From a virus: DNA of 56,646 nucleotides. Both the position numbers and the translations under genes were made by a program. The DNA is taken from IMG/VR virus record IMGVR_UViG_3300045988_125549, positions 1 to 56,646 of that record; one strand, written 5' to 3'. The notes beneath the pieces are model-generated. The model was not told where the DNA came from. It made no database searches and saw only the letters and a list, made by a program, of their open reading frames with translations. Positions 43,093 through 51,726 of this stretch are shown piece by piece (positions within the stretch are counted from its first letter, which is position 1; every line of letters starts with the position of its first letter).

Positions 43093-43731
43093 TTACCAAA
43101 TCTTAGGACGTTCTTTTAACTGTGGCGGTTCCGGTGGTGTTTCCGGCTTAGTACCAGTTGATGATACAAACGGCACCGGCTTTGAATTAGATGTTGGAGT
43201 TTGCTTATCCTCAGCAAAAGCTCCCGCGTCCTGTGTTTTATACGCATTTACAAAATCATCAAAACCTAACACATCATCACCATTCATAGTGAGATTTTTG
43301 TCCATAACCTCTGATAAGAAAGCACGTTTTGCGGCGTTGCTGGAAAACTTGAGCTGATTTACTCTAGTTTCAATCGCGTACTTATATGCTTGTTTTGCGA
43401 ACTGCTGGGCGAAATCATTCTTAGCATTATCATACGTTGTCTGCAATGTATCGAATTTTGCCTGTAAATCAGATAACTTACTTGCGTCTGTTCCAGCCGT
43501 TTCAAGCTGTGTTTTAAGGTTCGCAAGGTCAGTATCACGTTGTTTAATGTCTGTGTCATACTTACTATGCCAATCGTCACGTTCTTTTTCCACGTTAGCC
43601 AAGTTATTCGTTATTCCTTCAACCTCTTTGACTGTCTTGTAATTTTCATACAGTAACTTGTCAAACTCTGCTTTCTTATCCTCCGGAACGGCAATTCCAA
43701 AGTTTTTAAGAATTTCATAAATGTTTTTCAT
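43093..43731 (-). CDS. Scaffolding protein (GP20-like)
   Basis: The start was moved to MKNIYEILKNFG (AAGGAG RBS). Long coiled coil, positioned before the capsid gene. Confidence 0.65.
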   Translation of the reverse strand: MKNIYEILKNFGIAVPEDKKAEFDKLLYENYKTVKEVEGITNNLANVEKERDDWHSKYDTDIKQRDTDLANLKTQLETAGTDASKLSDLQAKFDTLQTTYDNAKNDFAQQFAKQAYKYAIETRVNQLKFSSNAAKRAFLSEVMDKNLTMNGDDVLGFDDFVNAYKTQDAGAFAEDKQTPTSNSKPVPFVSSTGTKPETPPEPPQLKERPKIW

Positions 43732-43800
43732 TTTTTGCTCCTTTTCAACTAAAATAATTGTTATAGACCACTTTCTGGTCTCTGGTTTACTACATATAGT

Positions 43801-43829
43801 ATTATACATAAGTTATCCACATTTGTAAA
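43801..43829 (-). promoter_or_regulatory. Promoter for the scaffold-capsid operon (-35 TTTACA, 17 nt, -10 TATAAT) with a perfect DnaA box in its spacer
   Basis: The minus strand reads TTTACAAATGTGGATAACTTATGTATAAT. The spacer contains TGTGGATAA. Confidence 0.6.
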
Positions 43830-43968
43830 GTGTAAAATTAGAAGTTATCAACAATTTTAACAAAGTTATCAACAATTACTAAAGTTATCAACATTATCAA
43901 CAATATGTTGTTGATAATTAAAAGTTATCAACAATTTTATATAGTTATCAACAATATTTTGTGGATAA
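43813..43968. promoter_or_regulatory. Array of nine DnaA-box-like repeats (two perfect TTATCCACA, seven TTATCAACA)
   Basis: Boxes at 43813(+), 43845(+), 43866(+), 43885(+), 43894(+), 43909(-), 43925(+), 43945(+) and 43960(-). The extended unit is AGTTATCAACAAT. Confidence 0.85.
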
Positions 43969-43974
43969 CTTTTA

Positions 43975-44003
43975 TTGCAATATGTATTACAATATGCTAT
44001 AAT
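43975..44003 (+). promoter_or_regulatory. Promoter of the only plus-strand gene (-35 TTGCAA, 17 nt, TGn -10 TATAAT)
   Basis: The plus strand reads TTGCAATATGTATTACAATATGCTATAAT. It also carries the ATATGTATTACAATAT block shared by the early minus-strand promoters. Confidence 0.65.
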
Positions 44004-44034
44004 TTGAGTAAAATAAAGAAAGGAGTTTTTGATT

Positions 44035-44424
44035 ATGACAAAAACAGAGTTGGAAATTTTACAAAAGCTGAGAGAAAAACCTGATACTAAAGGTGTACCA
44101 TGGCTCGATAGATTTATTTGGCTTAACACTACAAAACCTAAATATGAAATAGGAGAATATCATTTAGTTAGTAATCCGGGAAGCTATATAGCCAATAATG
44201 AAATTTTGGGTATGCGGGCAAAACTAACTGGTGTGATTCCTGAAAGTTCTTCAAGTAAATACAAGTACATATGCGAAATTCTGATGACTGTATATGAGGG
44301 AACAAGCTCATATACGGCTATGTGTACAACCGTTGTATATGAGGAAAATATAGGAGAACTGGTTGATGACAATTTTAATACAATTAAGTTCACCAATAAA
44401 TTTGAAGAAGAAAGCGATATATAA
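44035..44424 (+). CDS. Hypothetical protein (129 aa); the only plus-strand gene
   Basis: AGGAG lies 9 nt before the ATG at 44035 (the track start at 44029 is TTG). It has its own promoter and terminator and no motif I recognise. Confidence 0.65.
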   Translation: MTKTELEILQKLREKPDTKGVPWLDRFIWLNTTKPKYEIGEYHLVSNPGSYIANNEILGMRAKLTGVIPESSSSKYKYICEILMTVYEGTSSYTAMCTTVVYEENIGELVDDNFNTIKFTNKFEEESDI

Positions 44425-44426
44425 TT

Positions 44427-44461
44427 TAAAATACTCACTCAATTAAGAGTGAGTATTTTTT
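44427..44461. terminator. Bidirectional rho-independent terminator
   Basis: A 10-bp stem atactcactc/gagtgagtat is flanked by an A-run and a T-run. It ends the plus-strand gene and the convergent packaging operon. Confidence 0.75.
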
Positions 44462-44463
44462 GC

Positions 44464-45609
44464 TTATATGAGATTTTTACCTTTGTAACCCGGAACATAT
44501 AAACGATTTACTCGTTGTGCAAGGTTGGCTTGACTTGATACTGATTTATATTTTCTACTCAGTAACAATATTCGATTTTCAGCTTTCTGCATAGTGATTT
44601 TATCATCAATGCCGGAACTGAAAATATATCGTTCTTTTTGCCTGCGTATTTCAGTTTCAATATTCCGCTGTATCTGAGTAACATCATATCGGCTATATTT
44701 CTTACCGTCAATATCAACTTCCCGATTGCTCAACTCTTTATATTTATCCAGTTCCTCACTGGTGTATGTTTTCGGGGAAAGCCCCAAGATAATCGGGAAT
44801 GTATAATGCTTACAGTTACAAGTGGATATTTTTCGTTTCAACTGTGAATTAATTTCCTCGAATTTTTCTTTTGTAAATTGTCTACCTTGTATAGGAAGAT
44901 GGTCTTTGGCGCATAGCGCATGAGCTGTTATTTCTATTCCATCTGCACCGACTTCCTTGCCTACTTGTTCCCTTGTTGCATTGTTGACTTGTTTTACACC
45001 CTCCAAAATATTCATACGAACCGCGTTATCTAATCGTCTTGTATACCCGCTTGAATATTGTACGCGCATACCCTCCCAAGCGTCTTTTATAAGAGTATGT
45101 CCGAGAGGTGGGCTTGTTATTGCTTCCCGAATGTAATCAGTATAACTGCTAACTCCGGATGTTATGGCTTGCACCGCTATATCAACTAATTGTCGATAAG
45201 GCTCAAATATAACAGATGTTGACGCAAGGTTCACAAACGTGTTAGCTGTCAATGTTCGCATACCGTTCAAATATGTTTGCATTGCTATATTTTCGGAAAA
45301 CGGAACCGGTTCAAGTTGGCGGTATTTATACATATATAGCATATTATCATATATGCCTTTTCCACTTTGCTCATAAATGTCCATTATATCGGACAATGAT
45401 TTACCGCTTTCCTGCGCTAACAAATATGTGATTTTGTCAATGTTCTGATTATATTTAATCATTTGTTCCAACCGGTTGACGTTGGAGGGTGTCAATCTAC
45501 CGATTTCTTTTATCTGTTCCGCCATTGCCTTTATCAAAGTAACATTGATTTTCTCATATCTACTTGCAACTTCATAGGAGAAATCGGTTAAATCATTGTC
45601 CGAAAGCAT
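44464..45609 (-). CDS. Minor head / head morphogenesis protein (SPP1 gp7 / Mu F-like)
   Basis: Lies directly after the portal gene (1-nt overlap) and is of typical size. Confidence 0.55.
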   Translation of the reverse strand: MLSDNDLTDFSYEVASRYEKINVTLIKAMAEQIKEIGRLTPSNVNRLEQMIKYNQNIDKITYLLAQESGKSLSDIMDIYEQSGKGIYDNMLYMYKYRQLEPVPFSENIAMQTYLNGMRTLTANTFVNLASTSVIFEPYRQLVDIAVQAITSGVSSYTDYIREAITSPPLGHTLIKDAWEGMRVQYSSGYTRRLDNAVRMNILEGVKQVNNATREQVGKEVGADGIEITAHALCAKDHLPIQGRQFTKEKFEEINSQLKRKISTCNCKHYTFPIILGLSPKTYTSEELDKYKELSNREVDIDGKKYSRYDVTQIQRNIETEIRRQKERYIFSSGIDDKITMQKAENRILLLSRKYKSVSSQANLAQRVNRLYVPGYKGKNLI

Positions 45610-47264
45610 TATTTATTATCCTCCTCAATTTCTTTTGATTTTGCCTTGTTTTTTGCTTTATCTTCTTTGGTGTCTTTATCTTTATCGTTCGGACGTGTTT
45701 TTTCTTCGTCCTCACCTTCTTCGGTGCTTTCAAGGGTTGTATTGCCGTCTTGACTGTATATATCATTCAACATACGTTCTTGATTTTCCTTTGCCATTGT
45801 ATCAATGGCGGCTTTTGCACTTTCCAGAGTCTCGCCGGTATACCACGAACGCAATTCCGCCTTACTTAATACTCCGGCAGTTACAAGTTGTAATTTTTGA
45901 TTTAGTTCGGTATCGGTATCGGTCAATACACTGTCTTTCCACTCAATTTTCGTATCGTAATCGCCCTCCGGTGCAAATTGCATTAATGATACAAATACAT
46001 TCATAGCATATACAGCATCCATTATAGATTTTTCCAGCGCGTCTTGAATATTGGATATTGTAATGTAGGTTCTTTGCTTTAGTAACTTAATTTCGGTTGC
46101 CGTTCGTGCCTCAGTTTCAACTTGCGATAATGTACCCCTTGATATTCCGATTATATCCTCAATCTTCATCAAGTAGGTATTTAATCCGTTATTGTAATTT
46201 GCGTCACGCAATGCCGGAGCAAAAGCCTGATAGGTGTCTGCCTGTCCTAAATCAATCTTGCGGTATAACCTATTCTTACATTCATCCAGTTGCATTGTAT
46301 TTCCGTAATAGGTTGTCTGATAATCGACGGCGGTCGGGTCTACGTCAATAGCAATTTGACCACCTTCATATTCCCAATCAAGTCGGGAGAATTGTCTGTC
46401 GGCATATTCAATTAATTTTCGCGCTGGGCTGAAAATCGAAACTCCCAACGGACTAGACATATCAATGTTATTTGCAAGCGGCACACGAAAATATCCATAT
46501 AACGGACGTTCAACTTGTTCAATAACCTGCGGTTCAGTTGGCAAGCCCGCCCAACGTGGGATATTTTCCAATGGATATTCATCCCCTATATCATTGATTT
46601 CGTCAATATCGTTATTATTTTCGATTTTCGCGCGGTATGCCTTATTTAATACAGTAACCGTATTATTTTGAGCGTCAAAAGTCTGATACTCAATTTTGGT
46701 GTACATATATCCATCGGAAATGAACCAATCCGGAAAAGCTATGCTAATTATAGTTCCGTCATTGTCATATGCAAGCGGATAAAATTGTCCTTGTTCCACG
46801 AAATCTATATATACGCCTTGTTCCGTGAAATACGGCTTAATTATCATACCACCTAATGCAAGTGCTTTTTCCAGCTTCTCCGGCAGTTGTTGAATTAATC
46901 GCTTATGATATATATCATCAAGATATTGAGCGCGTGTGGCTTGCTTATCCACATTATCCTTATCCATATCAACTTCATCTTCCATACCCGGCTCCTGAAT
47001 ATGGGTTTCCAATTCGGACAAAACTTGCTGTTGTATTGATTGGCATATTTGTTTTGATAAATTCATAGTATAAATTCCGTCATCCGGGTTTTCCCAAGGT
47101 GGACAATCTTTATACATATCCCGCCATAGCTCAATAGCATCCGCCATTTTGTCTGATATTGCTACATCGGATAGCGGGCTTTCATCTGATGATGTTGATT
47201 TTGTAATTGCCGATAGCATTTTCTGTAATGCCATTTTAATTAGTTCAATTAGTTTTTTGACCAT
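45609..47264 (-). CDS. Portal protein
   Basis: 551 aa, downstream of the terminase genes, with an acidic/Lys-rich C-terminal tail. Confidence 0.7.
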   Translation of the reverse strand: MVKKLIELIKMALQKMLSAITKSTSSDESPLSDVAISDKMADAIELWRDMYKDCPPWENPDDGIYTMNLSKQICQSIQQQVLSELETHIQEPGMEDEVDMDKDNVDKQATRAQYLDDIYHKRLIQQLPEKLEKALALGGMIIKPYFTEQGVYIDFVEQGQFYPLAYDNDGTIISIAFPDWFISDGYMYTKIEYQTFDAQNNTVTVLNKAYRAKIENNNDIDEINDIGDEYPLENIPRWAGLPTEPQVIEQVERPLYGYFRVPLANNIDMSSPLGVSIFSPARKLIEYADRQFSRLDWEYEGGQIAIDVDPTAVDYQTTYYGNTMQLDECKNRLYRKIDLGQADTYQAFAPALRDANYNNGLNTYLMKIEDIIGISRGTLSQVETEARTATEIKLLKQRTYITISNIQDALEKSIMDAVYAMNVFVSLMQFAPEGDYDTKIEWKDSVLTDTDTELNQKLQLVTAGVLSKAELRSWYTGETLESAKAAIDTMAKENQERMLNDIYSQDGNTTLESTEEGEDEEKTRPNDKDKDTKEDKAKNKAKSKEIEEDNK

Positions 47265-47319
47265 TTTTTATTTTCCTTTCTTTTGGTTCACATACATTTT
47301 TGTAAATCTTGTTTCCTTA

Positions 47320-47640
47320 TCAATCAATCACCCCAACCTCTTTATACACTTGATATATTTTTGGGAATTGAATTGCAATCCAATCCACCATAGTTTCTTC
47401 ATGTCCAAATTGTTTGTAATGTTCAAAATTAGCTTGTAACCCGCTTTCCGCTAAAAAGGCGTGAATAATTTCGTGTCTTAGTTGTTTCCTCATTATATAG
47501 TCAAAATTCCCGACATTGTTATAATTATCCTTTCTGATGATAATGGTTTTACTTGTATAATCGCACAATCCATCTATATCTGCATTATTCAAGTTTTTTC
47601 TTTTAATCTTATAGGTAGTACCTAATATATCCACGTTCAT
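47320..47640 (-). CDS. HEXXH zinc-metallopeptidase-like protein (ImmA/IrrE- or SprT-like)
   Basis: RKQLRHEIIHAFL contains HEXXH. The start was moved to MNVDILG. Confidence 0.45.
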   Translation of the reverse strand: MNVDILGTTYKIKRKNLNNADIDGLCDYTSKTIIIRKDNYNNVGNFDYIMRKQLRHEIIHAFLAESGLQANFEHYKQFGHEETMVDWIAIQFPKIYQVYKEVGVID

Positions 47641-47641
47641 T

Positions 47642-48907
47642 TTATTTTCCTTTCTTTTTCCACATTTGCTCCATTGCATATCTTACACTATCAATGGAAT
47701 GGTTATCTTTATCCGGATATACGCTGGTTGGGTTGCCTTCCTTGTCTAGTTCATATTCGTATTTGCTGAACTCATTACTTGCGTTCGGACAATCGAATGG
47801 GTCGATTACAATTTCATTCAATGATTGAAGCCACTTCATTGAATAACGCACACTGTCTGGTCCTTTTTCTGCCGGGCGTGCATTTATGCCAAACGCTCTA
47901 TAATCTTGTACTGATTTATTCTCCGAGCTATCGCAAGTTACAACATCAAACCGGGTTAATCCGAATTGTGACTTGAGAACTTCCGCCGTTTCCGAATTGC
48001 GCATCTTATTAATTCTAAATTCCTCAAATATGAATAATCGCATCCGTGCGGCGTCATAGTGCATACAAGAATAATTGTATGGGTCTGGGAACCAACCCCA
48101 GTCCACTCCTCGATATAATCTATCAAAGCTGGCACGTTCTTCAGGTGTGATTTTTCGTATGGTTATATTATCGAATACTTCTGTACCATTGCCAACTGGT
48201 ATTCCTAAATATTCATGTTCATATGCTTTCGGGTTTACCAACTTGAGCCATTCCGCGTCATCAAGGAATTGTTTTCCTAACCAAGCCGCCGGAGCTTGCA
48301 AATAGGTGGTTTGTGATACGATAGTATCGCTTCTTAATTTTTCCTTTTCGATATAATCGTTCGCCCAATTTTGCCGGGACTTTGGCGGGTTCATTGATTT
48401 AAACACTTTGAAATCATCACCGCCACGAATAATTGATTGCTGAACTTTACGGATTTCCTCTTCGCCGTTAAATTCATCAAATTCCTCAAACCACAAATAT
48501 CCGATATAGCCGAACGGCACTTTTATAGACTTTGATTTTTGTGCCTTATCAAGTCCCTTAAATATAATACGCTGTCCGGTGGGCTTGTAAATTGCGCGCA
48601 TGGGTGATTTGGTAAATATCCAATCTGCCGATACACCCAGCATATCAACCGCCCACTCTATCTGAGCGTACACGGAGGTTTCCAAAGTATCGCCAACTTT
48701 ACGATATACAACGGCGTGTTTTTCCGCATTTTCCTCCTTCATCATATTTAAAGTAATTTCAATTCCGATAAATGATGATTTTAGCGAACCTCTGCCGCCG
48801 GTTAAATCGTAGTAGGTATGTCGGTTCTTTTTTATATCATTATGCAAATTATAAAATGCTGGACCTATGCAATTCTTGAGTGATATTTTGCTATATGCCA
48901 AAATCAA
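47642..48907 (-). CDS. terL: Terminase large subunit
   Basis: Walker A LTGGRGSLKSS, Walker B YLWFEEFDE and a C-terminal nuclease region, 421 aa. Confidence 0.85.
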   Translation of the reverse strand: MILAYSKISLKNCIGPAFYNLHNDIKKNRHTYYDLTGGRGSLKSSFIGIEITLNMMKEENAEKHAVVYRKVGDTLETSVYAQIEWAVDMLGVSADWIFTKSPMRAIYKPTGQRIIFKGLDKAQKSKSIKVPFGYIGYLWFEEFDEFNGEEEIRKVQQSIIRGGDDFKVFKSMNPPKSRQNWANDYIEKEKLRSDTIVSQTTYLQAPAAWLGKQFLDDAEWLKLVNPKAYEHEYLGIPVGNGTEVFDNITIRKITPEERASFDRLYRGVDWGWFPDPYNYSCMHYDAARMRLFIFEEFRINKMRNSETAEVLKSQFGLTRFDVVTCDSSENKSVQDYRAFGINARPAEKGPDSVRYSMKWLQSLNEIVIDPFDCPNASNEFSKYEYELDKEGNPTSVYPDKDNHSIDSVRYAMEQMWKKKGK

Positions 48908-49344
48908 CCCTCCTCCGTATCTTCATCATCCGCCGGAATATCGTCATTAATAATGACGTGTGAATTAGCGGCTTTATTTTTTGTATGAATATCGAGCCTC
49001 CTCGCAAGTTCACCGGCGGCGCGTGTTCTTTCTTGGATTGATACATCTAGCCCGAAATTATCCGTTTCCTCCCCGCGCATAACTCTAGTGAGGTACTGCA
49101 TTACTTCTTCAATATCAGCAATCTTATCATTATTGAGCCTATCCTGGACGGCGGTTAAGTAGTCCAAAACTTTAGCATTTTGTAAAAGCCGGGCGGCTAT
49201 GACGTGTGCTGTTTTTTCACTATAACCTGCGTCTTTTGCTGATTGTTGTTTCTTTCCTGTCTTAATATAATTCAAAACAAAATCAACTTGCCGTTGGTTT
49301 AATTGCTTTCTTAATTGTTTTTCTCGTTCACTTTCCTGGGTCAT
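48904..49344 (-). CDS. terS: Terminase small subunit
   Basis: LNQRQVDFVLNYIKTGKKQQSAKDAGYSEKTAHVIAARLLQN is the Terminase_2-type HTH. 4-nt overlap with terL. Confidence 0.75.
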   Translation of the reverse strand: MTQESEREKQLRKQLNQRQVDFVLNYIKTGKKQQSAKDAGYSEKTAHVIAARLLQNAKVLDYLTAVQDRLNNDKIADIEEVMQYLTRVMRGEETDNFGLDVSIQERTRAAGELARRLDIHTKNKAANSHVIINDDIPADDEDTEEG

Positions 49345-49558
49345 TTTTTGCCTCCTTTAAAATATCCGCTAAAGCCTTTATTATATTGACTTTATTAGAT
49401 GTTTTGATTATTTCATTTTTGCCGTTTTTTACACTATAAATTGTAATGATTTTATCATGTTCACTGCTATATACTTGATAGGAATTTATCAAGATTATTA
49501 TATTATTTTGTTTTAGTGCTAATATTAATTTATTGATTATTTTCTGATAATTCGACAT
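49328..49558 (-). CDS. Hypothetical protein (76 aa); first gene of the late operon
   Basis: The start was moved to MSNYQK (GGGGGA RBS). Confidence 0.5.
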   Translation of the reverse strand: MSNYQKIINKLILALKQNNIIILINSYQVYSSEHDKIITIYSVKNGKNEIIKTSNKVNIIKALADILKEAKNDPGK

Positions 49559-49591
49559 CTTGTCCCCCAAACCCGCCGCCGGTTTTTTATA

Positions 49592-49609
49592 AATGTTTCA
49601 CGTGAAACA
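49592..49609. promoter_or_regulatory. Perfect 18-bp palindrome ATGTTTCACGTGAAACAT in the late-operon leader
   Basis: Read directly. It lies about 15-30 nt downstream of the predicted -10 at 49629-49634 (minus strand). Confidence 0.6.
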
Positions 49610-49628
49610 TATTAATTAGATTAATAAT

Positions 49629-49657
49629 ATTATATATATTTTTATGTTTTTTGTAAA
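49629..49657 (-). promoter_or_regulatory. Promoter of the packaging/late operon (-35 TTTACA, 17 nt, -10 TATAAT)
   Basis: The minus strand reads TTTACAAAAAACATAAAAATATATATAAT. Confidence 0.55.
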
Positions 49658-49680
49658 GTACAATATAAATGATTTATACA

Positions 49681-49713
49681 TAAAAAAGAGGACATATTGA
49701 TATATATCCTCTA
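49681..49713 (-). terminator. Rho-independent terminator
   Basis: Stem agagga..atat/atat..tcctct is followed by a T-run on the minus strand, after ORF 49737-49928. Confidence 0.6.
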
Positions 49714-49736
49714 AAATGATATTGCTTTTTTGCTTA

Positions 49737-49928
49737 TTATGCTTGCGACGCTCTCCAAATAAAATCTTCCGCGACTTCGTGCGCGCCTTGCACGGTTTTC
49801 GCTTTCCCAATAGTAATCCAAGCGTTAAAATCTGGGGAAAACATTTTCACGTCCCGCGTACCATCATTATTTTTAAGTGTGTATGCAAAACGCAAGTCAT
49901 CAATTTTAAATTCTCTATTATTGCTCAT
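49737..49928 (-). CDS. Hypothetical protein (63 aa)
   Basis: ORF-track entry in an early cassette. Confidence 0.5.
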   Translation of the reverse strand: MSNNREFKIDDLRFAYTLKNNDGTRDVKMFSPDFNAWITIGKAKTVQGAHEVAEDFIWRASQA

Positions 49929-49968
49929 AATTTATACCTACTTTCTACTCATATAGCCGATAGTACAG

Positions 49969-50136
49969 CTAATTTGTTATTTTTTCAAGTTCTACAATCT
50001 CATAGAAATCTTCTGTATACGTTCCGTCTTCCTTATCCTCGGATTCAAATGCCTCAAGTGCCTTTTCCGCTTCCTCTCTTGTTGAAAACTCATTAATAAA
50101 GTTCCCGGCTTCTCTGTCTTGAATTATATATCTCAT
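49969..50136 (-). CDS. Small acidic ORF (55 aa), hypothetical
   Basis: My own translation gives MRYIIQDREAGNFINEFSTREEAEKALEAFESEDKEDGTYTEDFYEIVELEKITN. GGTGG RBS. Confidence 0.45.
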   Translation of the reverse strand: MRYIIQDREAGNFINEFSTREEAEKALEAFESEDKEDGTYTEDFYEIVELEKITN

Positions 50137-50191
50137 TTTTACCACCTATTGCATCACCTATCGTAATGCCCTTTCTTTATTTTGTAATTAT

Positions 50192-50220
50192 ACACTAACA
50201 TATATTCCGGTAAATGTCAA
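50192..50220 (-). promoter_or_regulatory. Sigma-70/SigA promoter (-35 TTGACA, 17 nt, TGn -10 TAGTGT)
   Basis: The minus strand reads TTGACATTTACCGGAATATATGTTAGTGT. Confidence 0.55.
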
Positions 50221-50240
50221 GTAGTTTTTTAAATTTTATT

Positions 50241-50270
50241 TAAAAAATAAGCCCGAATTAATCGGGCTTA
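50241..50270 (-). terminator. Rho-independent terminator
   Basis: aagcccga/tcgggctt is followed by a T-run on the minus strand. An identical copy lies at 51760-51789. Confidence 0.75.
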
Positions 50271-50274
50271 ATAA

Positions 50275-50799
50275 TTATTTTTTATTATATCTAATTGGCA
50301 ATAAACCGCCGATACATGCGCCGTCATACATCACATATACAAGACTGCTGGCTGATGTCGTGCGCAACTCATATTCCGACCCTGGCTGTCCCTGGGTGAA
50401 TATCTCAAGTAATGAGTTATTCACATAAACAGTATAATCCCCGTCCTCTGGTGCTATCGCCGCAATCATAATATTTTTATCATCCACTACATCCATAAAC
50501 AAGGATTTAACGTGGGCGGCAGTTGCGTTATTGTAGCCACCTAAAATATTCTTCTGAGTATCGGCGTTTATATGCGAACCATCCTCGCGCTGGGTTGGTG
50601 TATTCACATATAGATACATGGTCGGGATATTGATAAAATAAGTTGAAAATAAAATACTTGTCGTATCTTCTTCATATTCTACAATATCCATCGGAAGGTC
50701 TTTAAAGACTTTCCTGTTATATCCATTCTCATATTTAAGTGCTACTTTGAGGAGCTTATTCTGCTCCTTTGGAAAATTTGTGTCGATATACTTTTTCAT
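50275..50799 (-). CDS. Hypothetical protein (174 aa)
   Basis: ORF-track entry. No motif recognised. Confidence 0.55.
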   Translation of the reverse strand: MKKYIDTNFPKEQNKLLKVALKYENGYNRKVFKDLPMDIVEYEEDTTSILFSTYFINIPTMYLYVNTPTQREDGSHINADTQKNILGGYNNATAAHVKSLFMDVVDDKNIMIAAIAPEDGDYTVYVNNSLLEIFTQGQPGSEYELRTTSASSLVYVMYDGACIGGLLPIRYNKK

Positions 50800-50818
50800 A
50801 ATATTATACCTTCTTTCT

Positions 50819-51424
50819 TTATTTTTCTATGGTGTCAAAACAAACTAACTCTTCCGCACTCAGTGTGCGAATTATATGTATATTATGTAACAAAGGCTCA
50901 TTATCGTAGCCGCGTTCTACAAGTTCATCACCTGTTACAATATAAGCGGTACGATTTTCTTCCATATATCCACGGAAGTCTTTCGCCTGTTGCTCATTTT
51001 CAAAAACCGGCATGTTTGTTTTTTCGTTAAGTTCAAACACGGAAACTCCCAGCTCCAACTTATTGATGTAATGTTCTGGAACTGCTTTTTTTAACGCGGC
51101 AAGTCGATTGCCACCGTTATAATTCAAATCATAGATGTAATCCTCTTGCTGGCGGAAGCTCATGGACATCCAGTTGATGGATTGTTCGTTCTCCGGTATT
51201 TCGCCAAATCTCAGATAAGACTTGCCGGTGGTCTTATATTCAACCGGTTCCGTCCATATCACATATTCTTGCTCCCATTCGTGCAATCCAACTTGTATTC
51301 GGCGGCATAAGGTTTCAGCGATTCCACCAGCTTCTTTTGCGCTGTCCGCTGTAATAAGAATATTTCGGACGGTCTTTTTTGTAATGTGCTCCATATGATG
51401 TGCAATCGTTACGACGTATTTCAT
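50819..51424 (-). CDS. Hypothetical protein (201 aa)
   Basis: ORF-track entry. No motif recognised. Confidence 0.55.
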   Translation of the reverse strand: MKYVVTIAHHMEHITKKTVRNILITADSAKEAGGIAETLCRRIQVGLHEWEQEYVIWTEPVEYKTTGKSYLRFGEIPENEQSINWMSMSFRQQEDYIYDLNYNGGNRLAALKKAVPEHYINKLELGVSVFELNEKTNMPVFENEQQAKDFRGYMEENRTAYIVTGDELVERGYDNEPLLHNIHIIRTLSAEELVCFDTIEK

Positions 51425-51427
51425 TTT

Positions 51428-51646
51428 TTATACCTCCTCCGAAACTTTGAAATTATTGAAGATATCGGCTAATGGCTGAGCTGATATTTTGCTCCAGCAA
51501 GCTGGACAAAAACAACGTGCGTTATAACATTCATCTTCATCATCAGCTGTTGTAACAAGATGATTTGATGGACCGTCCAGTACGGCATCACATTTACTAC
51601 ACTTGAAGTCGCCATACATTCTCATTTCAATTTTAACATATTTCAT
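51428..51646 (-). CDS. Zinc-ribbon protein (72 aa), hypothetical
   Basis: CSKCDA...CFCPAC. The start was moved to MKYVKIE. Confidence 0.5.
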   Translation of the reverse strand: MKYVKIEMRMYGDFKCSKCDAVLDGPSNHLVTTADDEDECYNARCFCPACWSKISAQPLADIFNNFKVSEEV

Positions 51647-51697
51647 AATTATCACCGTTGTACCGTTTTCGGTACCCTTTCTTTATTTTGTAATTAT

Positions 51698-51726
51698 ATA
51701 ATAACATATTGGTATACATATGTCAA
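51698..51726 (-). promoter_or_regulatory. Sigma-70/SigA promoter (-35 TTGACA, 17 nt, TGn -10 TATTAT)
   Basis: The minus strand reads TTGACATATGTATACCAATATGTTATTAT. Confidence 0.6.

Noticed and set aside
43869-44129. 86-aa minus-strand ORF across the DnaA-box array
   Set aside because: It reads straight through the tandem repeats and both promoters and overlaps the well-supported plus-strand gene start. It has no RBS. Its openness is explained by the repeat composition.
49616-50096. ORFs 49616-49810 (-) and 49716-50096 (+)
   Set aside because: They cover the promoter, terminator and leader sequence, or are antisense to better-supported small genes. They have no RBS and their translations are low-complexity.
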